Source of the DNA: Ylistrum balloti
Lineage: Eukaryota
Reading direction: 5' to 3'
Length of the DNA stretch: 64,000 nt
Assembly: GCF_031769215.1 (NCBI RefSeq)
Contig: NW_026782406.1
Location: 186,001-250,000, forward strand
The notes under the pieces were generated by a model. It had not been told where the DNA came from and did no database searches. It saw only the letters and a list, made by a program, of their open reading frames with translations. Of the stretch, positions 1 to 10,100 are shown one piece after another (position 1 is the stretch's first letter; each line of letters begins with the position of its first letter). Made by a program: the position numbers and the translations under genes.

Positions 1-677
1 AATTATTTTATATTTTGATAAAGAGAAACGATTGCCTATTGTTTAAATGTTACTTGATTGGGAGAGTAAGATGCACCCTGAAATTAAAAGTAATGCGAGT
101 ATTTTTGTATACATAAAGTAAAGTTAATGAAAACGTCTGCATACAACAGTGTACTAAACTTGATCTTTTATCTATAGGTGGTGGTGAAGATTCCACAGAA
201 GAATTCGTAAGGCATCGCTTGTGTGTATGAAAGCCGACGATAAGTACATCTGCTGTACAAATATCATCCTGCTTCCTAGTGCGAACTATATGGATCTCAA
301 ATATACACTGGATATGATTTGATAACTTTGTATCGGGCATCCTATATAAAAATCATCATTTTCGTTGCGTAAAGATTTTTTGCAAGCGTTAAATAAAATT
401 ATTGTACCGTCAAAACTTCATACTACTGTCTTGTGTTTCATTGTTAGATGATTTTTCATTAAATATAAAAATGCAGTGACGGATAATATGTCATTCACGT
501 GTCGTTATATTTCGCCCTGTCATTCCTTCATCTGTAACAATTACTCTGCTGATAGAGATAAGTATTGTTTCATTGGTTCATTACTTCCTATTACAAAAAT
601 TTGCATGATTGCACAAAAGTGAATAACATTATATAATACAAATTAAGATACAATAGTGTAAAACAATGGATTAAACT

Positions 678-1035
678 GCATCCTACAGCTGTTTCGTCCT
701 TCTATGACTCGTCAGTGATGCTACATCATACAGCTGTTTCGTCCTTCTAGGACTCGTCAGTGATGCTAAATCATACAGCTGTTTCGTCCTTCTAGGACTC
801 GTCAGTGATGCTAAATCATACAGCTGTTTCGTCCTTCTAGGACTCGTCAGTGATGCTACATCATACAGCTGTTTCGTCCTTCTAGGACTCGGCGGTGATG
901 CTACATCATACAGCTGTTTCGTCCTTCTAGGACTCGTCAGTGATGCTACATCATACAGCTGTTTCGTCCTTCTAGGACTCGTCAGTGATACTACATCATA
1001 CAGCTGTTTCGTCCTTCTAGGACTCGGCAGTGATG
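678..1035 (-). ncRNA. Tandem array (8 x 45 bp) of minimal type I hammerhead ribozymes
   Basis: Minus-strand unit CATCA-CTGACGA-GTCC-TAGAA-GGAC-GAA-ACAGCTGT-A-TGATG-TAG gives stem I / CUGANGA core / stem II hairpin / GAAA / palindromic stem III / GUA cleavage triplet / stem I'. Six of 8 units keep both CUGACGA and GAAA. Units 856-900 (CCGCCGA) and 991-1035 (CTGCCGA) have core mutations. Confidence 0.9.
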
Positions 1036-2269
1036 CTAAGGCCTTGCAATGGTCCTGTAATGCACCAATTTTGTTAATCACATATATCTGATAATTTTAG
1101 ATAAATGTTAAGTACCTTCTATCAATTAATTGGTATTAATTGGTAATTATCATATTTTTATTTATTTATTTTCACGCTTGAATTCTACCCTGAAACATAT
1201 AACATCCCTAAAATCTAACCATCTTCATAGAATGTGTTTTTCTCTCTGAGTTATTGTATTATAGTGTTCAGTTTGGGTGTTATTGGTGTGGAGTTTAACA
1301 ATGACAAAACCAAGTATTTCAAATCTCTGACCATCTTGATTTGAAAATGGCATGTGCAGTTTAAACAGAAGCAGGGTTAGACAATTTTGAAATTGAAAAA
1401 TAAAAGAATAAAAAAAGAGTACAAACAAATAAACATAGCCTTTGTTTAAACCCTATTTGAAGCTGCGAATGTTTAAAAAAAATCAAAAAAATCTCAGTAC
1501 CAGTAAGAAAATCTATTTGGGACGTTTCGATGACTACACTATAAAATTACTGACCTGAAGAGTATGTTTCGCAATTACTTCAACGATGATTGACCTAAAG
1601 ACACGCAGGTGAAAACCACCTTCAGTTAAGATTTTTGTTACAGCTGATGAATAAAGATGGATCCTGTATATAACTGGACAGCTAATCATATCTGTATACA
1701 GTATTTCAACACAGAACATCTGAACCCTTTTAACTCTGTATACCTTACATTGATCCTGCTGAAGGATGGCCATGCTATCTGTAGTTCTCTGTTTGTCAGA
1801 GGTTAGACTATGTGGGGGTACAAGATGAACAGCTGAATAGCATACCACATACACGGATAACTAAGATTTCCCTACCTCCAGCTGACTAAGTAATGCAAAT
1901 ACAACGTTTAGATAAATAACTGACCCTTCTGCTGATTTCAAAAGCAGGTGTACTTTAAAGATATTTTGCACGTATAGAATGAAATAAAATCTAGTATATC
2001 ATATCTTTTGTCTCTGTGTATGTCCTTTATTCTGTGAACCACCAAGTCGTTATAATGTCAATATATAGTAAATTCTTAGGATCTTTATTGACTGCCATTT
2101 TCATATGAACCTTATTATTCACTAATGCTTCTCGCATAATACCAACAACAATTTACACATCAAACAGATCATAATTGTGGCAAATTACGTAAATGTTTCA
2201 CTACAATCCAATAAGAAACATGTGATGTGTTGAACAGACATGAATGATCCAGATTTGGCGATAACAGAA

Positions 2270-2420
2270 TGCAACATGAGATTGCCAACATGTCAACATA
2301 ATCATAATCCAAACCCAAAATCAATAAAACTGGGGTAAAATATTGACAAATGAAATATTTACACGGAAACTCCGGAGGACGAATAGGTGTTCCGACAGGG
2401 TAAAGGTATCCGGCTTTATA
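2270..2420 (-). mobile_element. Penelope-like element 3' tail fragment
   Basis: Reverse complement resembles the tail at 3095-3250 and the copies at 35590-35730 and 37680-37830 (shared ccaacatgtcaacataatc...aaaact[ag]ggg[ct]aaaata...gtgttcc). Confidence 0.55.
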
Positions 2421-2644
2421 GACGACATCTACTATGTAAATCCTGTAAGAAGTTAGAAATTCTAAATAATGACAACACCCACTCACAATATACAAATTCA
2501 TCAACAAATCGTTTTTTAAATGCAATAGGCCATTCCAACATTTAAACATACAAACCCTTGTCTTTTCCGAGCCATTTCCGGGTCAAATAATCATAGAACC
2601 AAAGTAAACTATTTCCCTTTAAATTGTTGACTTAAAATGGTTTA

Positions 2645-3250
2645 AAGACACGACAGACACTTCAATATCAGCTGCTTATCTCGATCTTTCCTTATAACGA
2701 AACAAATATCAAGCTCTATGATAGACGTAATGATTTCAATTTCCTATTTCTAATTTTCCATTTCTGGTTAGCAACATTCCGGCATCTCCAACCTATGGTG
2801 TACATGCCGTAGTTGATTCGATATTCAGGAGCCTGTTCCATCATCACGATTTTTGCGAAAGAAGTCGTCAACTGACAGACCAATTCGTAAATCCATGTTT
2901 CCAGTAATGCAGGTTGAAGAAAATTATGAGGAAATTTTATGGTCGCCACATTAATGTTATTGAGAATTGTTTTATTTATTGTGTGATATGAAGCTGGACA
3001 TGTTTGATGCTCGTTAGTTTGTCTGTTGGTTCAATTATTGTATACCTTGTTCTTATTTGAGAACTTTAATTACTTTCTTGGACTGACCAAGATTTCCATG
3101 GGGAGTGTTGTTGATGAAACAGAAGACACTTACTATTTCGGAACACCTGGTCTTATTATATTTGTGTTTCATATTTTGCCCTAGTTTGATGAAATTTGAC
3201 TTTGGTTTTTGATTTTGATTATATTGATATGTTGGTATTATTTTGTTTTT
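2645..3250 (+). mobile_element. Decayed Penelope-like retroelement, RT C-terminus plus 3' tail
   Basis: Frameshifted translation TTDTSISAAYLDL ... YDRRNDFNF ... SNIPASPTYGV ... LIRYS ... RKFYGRH matches the C-terminal RT region of PLE-type elements common in molluscs (recognised from memory). It is followed by the gatgaaacagaagacacttactatttcggaacacctggtc tail motif that recurs in this window. Confidence 0.75.
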
Positions 3251-4136
3251 CCCTAATAATAATATACAACAGAGCTTGGACTACAAAGACTGTTACAGAT
3301 TATACAAAGTGTTTGTCGTATTTAACGATATCTCCTGCAAAATGCTGACATGTAATGTTCCCATCTGATTGTCATTTTAAGTAGAGTACTGGTTATCTGT
3401 TAGAAGGTAAACAAATCAAGTGCTTATCACAAAACTATATTCTTTACTAAAAACCGAGAAAAAACTCTTCATTTAAAAAGATAAGTCAGAATTCAATGAG
3501 GTACAGAATACGAAAACTGTCGGAATAATGCTGATAAAGCTTGGTAATTACACAAACATAGCAGGAGAATGAAAAAGACATAAATATTTGGTGATAAAAA
3601 TAACAGGAAGGTTTAACGCGCCAGAACGATAAAACCAGCGGTGCAATCAAACGACTGCAGGATAATTTTAGATGTGCCACATGATAAACAGGTATACAGT
3701 GTGTTTAACCCTGTAGAAATACAGTTCTTGTTTTTTTTTAGAAGTTTGTGAGAAATAAACTTGCTCGCCAGGAAGTTAAGTGGTTCCGTTTGGAAATTTA
3801 TTTCATTCTGATCTAGAATGTAAGAAGAGGGGGACCACTTCAATTTAATATCTGAACAATTGAAACTACAGTCTACGTTTTGATTCAGTTGGAGATTATT
3901 AAGAACCATGTTTGAGTGACTTCACTATTTACATGGAGGATTGTATACCCTAGAGCAGTGTTTATACGGCTAGAACTTGGATATAACGTCTATCATATAA
4001 AATACGCTGGGTGATACTGTGGAATAGTAGATTTCTGACAGAACAGTGACTATTTCTGAAAGGTTTCAAATGGGATTATAAGGCACCAATTTTACAGGAC
4101 GAGCGCCACAGATTTACAATTCGTGCAAATACAGTC

Positions 4137-7100
4137 ATGTCTGCAAAGCAACCAAGGCAGGTGAAGGGTTTTACAGTTATTAAAGTACCGATTCATGGTA
4201 AGTGTCATTTCAATACACATTCAAATATTTCAGGCAAGTTCTTTTTAACGTCTATCATACACGTATAATTCTCTAGATTTGTTTACACCGTAGTAGCGGT
4301 CATGTTTAGGATCGTTTGTAAAATTAGAAATCTAAATGAAGAACTGGTGTAGTGTGGAGTACGTTTTCATTCAGTAGAATAGAGGCACGATTCATAATAT
4401 ACACATATACTTGATGGTATAAAAGTAAATTGGTCTAAATCACACACATAAAATTACAAACTTTATTACATTATGGTGCTAGTGTATCTTCACATGTTTT
4501 TTTAATCACTTTGGATTTTCCTCAGTCGCGAGTTTTCGAAGTTAGTATCACTGACAGGTTTTAGAACGAAAACACTTTAGGTATAAATCGTGATATTTGT
4601 CTTGATTACTTGATTTAGAAAGGTGATATAACTTATCAAAGTTATATTGTTAGATATCAAATATTGAATAATTTTATTGCAATACAACCATACAACATTA
4701 AAAATTACCAAGATTATTTGGAAAGTATACATTCTTTGTATTATTGTTGAATATAAATTTAAGTCACTTTTGATTTCCTTCAGTTGATTTCCAAATTAAA
4801 ACATTTCAGTTCTCACTGAATCGCTGACGAATACTAGAAAGACAAAACGGTTATATGATGGAGTTTAATTAATAAATTGTTTTACTCCACTGTATCTGAC
4901 TAATATCTATTCGAAGATTCTGTTACCGATTGTGTCTTTTAATCAATTCTACATTTAATCTAAATTGATGTCATAACTTATACTTATGGTACAAACGTTC
5001 TAAACTAAACCATTAATGCTAACTACCCAGCAAGATAACACAAAAACTAAAAATGAAGTTAACCTTCACTACAGGATTTACTACGTGTGTAATAGATACA
5101 ATGCCATTGTTTGTATTTAAACTGTTATAGATATTCTGTGGAATTAGTTTACCTGAGTTACCAGGTTTAAACATTGAGTTGATAATTAATCTAAACTTTT
5201 ATTTGTGTTTTCGTTAATTGAAAGGTGTCTTTTAACCTTTTTTATTCCTCTGATGTGATGATAAATATAATCAACAGGAGATGACACACAAACTGCTTCC
5301 ACCCTTGCCAGCACCATTCATGGTCAACCACTTGTGATACAGTGGATGAAACGACCCCAGTCATTACCCGGATGTCCACCAGGCCTGGAATACCTCACCA
5401 ACGTGGATAGTCTCGTTGTCAAACAGCAGATGGAGAATCTAGAAGGTGTTGTTATTGCATTTACCTTACACAGGTTAAAGTGTATTGTTATGCATTCAAT
5501 AGTGAATGAAACAGTCATATCACCTTCATGAAACCAGTTATAAGTAAGGAAATGAACCGTAAACTTACAAGTTTCGAGATGGCAATATTTTCTGTAATAT
5601 GCGCTGAAATAATTGATGATTTGATAAAAAAGATATATTAAATTCGTTTCCGTTTCATGTGTCATTAATGAAGCTCGTTTTCTGCGACCTAAAATGAAAA
5701 CTTTTTATACCCGTTACTGATAGTGTATAGTGTCACACAGATCTAGACAAGAACGACTTGTGTTGAGTCCTTAACAATTGTTTGTAAATAGTAGAGAATT
5801 ATGATTTATTGTATTATACGGGTTGTGTCGCTCTTTTATCTGTACTTGCTACACAAAAATAGACATGGGGTTGTGATATAAAACAAAGGATGATCATTTT
5901 AATAGGGCATTTCTTCAACTGCTGTAGAGGTTGGTTTTTTGGAGGTAGCGAACTGCTTAGAAAAAATTGATAAGTTTAAACAAAAGTAAACAATCATTCC
6001 ATAGTATAAATCATACAGAAATAATGTTGTGTAATATGATCCTCTTTGTACAAGGAAAAACTTTACACATTATTAGAGGTATGGTGTTCGGACGATTGGC
6101 TTGTGATCAATGGGTCACAATTCGATTACCGACGCGGACACCTTGTATCTTTAGACAACATACCTGACTCTTATAGTTCCAGCCCACTACGTTGTAAATC
6201 AGTACAAGGTTGGTCAGTCCTGGCCCCATTTGTATAAAACATCTCAACTTGAGATTTCCTCAAGTCGAGATTTTCCTCAGCTGATATCTCCTCAAAATTG
6301 GTTTGTATAAAATTTTCTCAAGGAACAGGAGGAAGTCATCGGCTAGGATGTCCTGAAATTCCTTGAGGAATTTTCATACAAGATATTTTCAAGGAGATAT
6401 TAGCTGAGGAAAATCTCGACTTGAGGAAATCTCAAGTTGAGATGTTTTATACAAGTGGGGCCTGGACATGTTGTTAAGGTTGCAATATGTCAGCGGCAAA
6501 AACATCTCCGGCTTGGACTTTAGGAAGAATACTGCTATTATCACCAAGAAACAAAATTAAGGACCTCGCTAATGATTGATTTATCAACAATGTAATATAT
6601 TTGATAGTAGATCAAAAGTCTATGTAGTATTAGAAAGTTATATAATAACGGAATGTGCAAATCAAGGCAATCATAGAACGAAACTTAAAAGAAATTCAAA
6701 TACACCAGACGTATGACAGCATTAGTCTTGTACCTTTTAATTTTGCAGTTTTCACAGGTTGGGAGGCTGCTAACAAATACAAAATTCTAAATAGCCAAGG
6801 ACAACAAGTATATTTTGCAGCGGAGGGTGAGTAGATGTATTTTTAAAAACACATCCCAAGACAGGTATATCCTCGCTTTTCGCCAGTGTGATATTTTCTT
6901 GTTTAACCCCAAACAGGTATATATCCACGCTTCTCACCAGTGTGAGATTGCCTTGTTTTACCCCAAACAGGTATATAACCACGCTTCTCACCAGTGTGAG
7001 ATTGCCTTGTTTTACTCTAAACAGGTATATAACCACGCTTCTCACCAGTGTGAGATTGCCTTGTTTTACTCTAAACAGGTATATAACCACGCTTCTCACC

Positions 7101-10100
7101 AGTGTGAGATTGCCTTGTTTTACCCCAAACAGGTATATAACCACGCTTCTCACCAGTGTGAGATCGTCTTACCTTAAACAGGTATATCTACGCTTCTCAC
7201 CAGTGTAAGATTGCCTTGTCTCTTGGAATGGTTATCTGATACACCTAGACTTGGATGGTATTTTGCAAAATGGAATGATATGATGGTTATGAGGTTCTTA
7301 CTTAGGAATATGTTATTCAAGATGGCAAATGTAAACGGTAAGACAGCAGTCTTGTCGTTTCTTCGTCACTTACGTGATAATAATGTAACATGTTCCGTAC
7401 ATTTAAACAGAACATTTGGATCGAAATTGCTAACCATTTACTGTAAATGTGGTTATTATCTTTGATTAATATTTGACATTTCCAAATTCATGAGAACAAA
7501 ATCATAAATTGGAAATAATAAAAGCTTACATTCTTCACTGTAATGTTGTTTTTCTCAGTTTTATTCCATACTTGAAAAAGCTATAAGAACATGAATTTAT
7601 AGCGTATCAGGCCCCATAAAATATTAGCCTACTTCTTTAACATTGAACACCTAATACTGTCTTCTTCATATTTCTTGATATCATATTGACAGAGTCTGGC
7701 ATGTGTGAGCGTCAATGCTGTGGGTCGAACCGTGGATTTTCTCTCCATATCACAGACAATACTGGGCAGGTTGGTAGGTTACACGTCTGCACAGCAAGGT
7801 AAACAATTCGTTGACATATGCAAATAGGTGGTATCTCATGAGTGAAGGTCATAGATACAAGCGGGAAAGGGATGTGTGATTTCTTTCCCCTATCCAGTAA
7901 GTTGACCAATCCCTCAGGAAATACATATGAAGATGAAAGTTTCTTGGCAATGCCAAGGAGTAAGACTGTTAATAGTCGGAAACGAATAAATAAATGAATT
8001 TCTTTTTTATTATTAAATTTATGTGGAATCAAGAAAAACACTCGAAGACCGTCTGTGGCTTTATATCATGATTTCCATGTACATTTGTCCTCTAATCTGT
8101 TTATATGAAATGTAATTGCTGTTATGAAAGATTTCGTTGTTTCAATCAACAAGTTCATTACTTTTCTTCATTTTTTCTACTTCCGTTTGTTTCAACGCAT
8201 GCCTTTATGTATGTTGGTAGGAGATCATTAAGTGTGTTCGGGATTTTAAGTGCTGTGTCGGATTCTGCTGGCTGGCTAACTTTGACGCTTGGGCCCATGA
8301 GATAGCAGTCGAGGCCCCAGTGGGGACCGTTGTTGGATATGTCCGTCAGGAGTACGTACCATATAGAAGTCTTTTACAGATTTTGTAGGAACAGTATCAT
8401 TAAAAAAATAGCCAAACAATGTAACGTTTTTTAAAAAACGATTAATTACTTTTTGTAATGTATCAGTAAAAAAAACCCAAGAAAACGCGATGCAACAAGG
8501 ACAAAATATGAACAAAAGAAAGACGGAGACGCTTGAAAAAGTACAAGGAGAACAAGACCAGATGTTCCGTAAGAGTAAGCGTCATTTGCTTCATCGTTGA
8601 CACAAGCCATATAAATCTTGCTCAATCTAAAAAGGTAATGTCACGTTCTCAAATTAGAGCAAACTATATAACAACGGAAACAACAAACAAACACGCCCAG
8701 CTTCACATCGCACAAAGAAATGTAATATTTTCCAATGAGATTACTATGGAGAAAATAAAACCATACCTTTCATCAAATTGTGTTATTTGAAAGTATGGAC
8801 TGACAGGTCTTAGAAGGCTTTAAGTGTTGTTTTATATGCACTACATATAAGAAAGCATTGATTTATGACTTATTCGTACAAAAGCCACACGTCACATCTA
8901 ACCAATGTGTAAACTACCCGTGCCTAAGTCTCTTTAAACACTTACAGAATAGGTGTGAGTGGACGTTGAAACTGTAACCAACAAACCAACTTTAACTATG
9001 TTCTCTTTAAGGAATATCGTGGTACTAACTTCAATTGACAATGATCTTCATGGCGGGTGTCGTCGATGAAGCAGTAGACGCTTACTCTTCCAGAACATTT
9101 TATCTAATTCTTGTATTACTGTCCGTTTAACTCTCCTGTTCTTCATATGTTTCATCGAATGGGTTTGAATGAAGAGTCTGTGGTCTTATAGGTATTTTCT
9201 TTGATACCTATATCCTGTTCACAATCTTTCATTTTGTTTGTGCTTCAGGCGTAGTTTTTGGACTCCACATTACAGCATCAGAGACGCCAATCGGGACTTG
9301 GTGTTCAATATTAAAGGGCCTTGTTGCGTGATGAATGGCTGTTGTTGGGACCAGGAGTTCGTTGTAAGTATTGCTTTAAGTGTAAAGGTCAAATAAGAAT
9401 AAATGTCATAGCATAAGATAGTGTCAACAAGGTAATCAGCATTTTACTTGTATTTTTTCTCTTTATAAACAACTGGAATAGTGCCTGGTCTATGTCGCTC
9501 GATCCATTACTCCTATAGTAAAACTATTGTATACGAGTGTTTGATTAAGAAAGAGGCGCCTGCTAGATGAATATATGATGTCAATTTGAGAAGGTGTGGT
9601 GATCAAAGATAATCTAATCTTAATTTATAACGGTGTTATGGAATCTGATTGAATGCATTAGAAGGTTGATAAAATGATAAATGCCATAGTTCCATATCAG
9701 GTACTGTACGACGGTCATATAAAAGCTTGTTATAAGGTTGTACTTTCAATTTGTTTGAGCTCACCTGGTCTAAAGGATCGGTGTGCTTATGTCATGGCGC
9801 GGCCTCCTTCCGATGACCATCAACTTTTTATTTCCTTAGATCATTGTTAAGGATGACAACAACCATATAAGATATATAAAACTATATTTCTACGCGTTAT
9901 CCTACACACAGGTGTGGTCTAAAGACTGGACGGAAGAAGTTGGAAAGATAAATAAGAAGTGGGGCGGCTTTACGAAAGAACTCTATACAGATGTGGATAA
10001 TTTTGGAATAAATTGTAAGTTTTTTACTTTGCCTTACCATAAATTGGTGATACATACTTGATTTAGTTTGGATGTCATGAACTTGGTCTGATTTAATCTG

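Noticed and set aside
1534-1854. 106-aa minus-strand ORF with splice-like boundaries
   Set aside because: No recognisable domain in any frame and no partner exons established.
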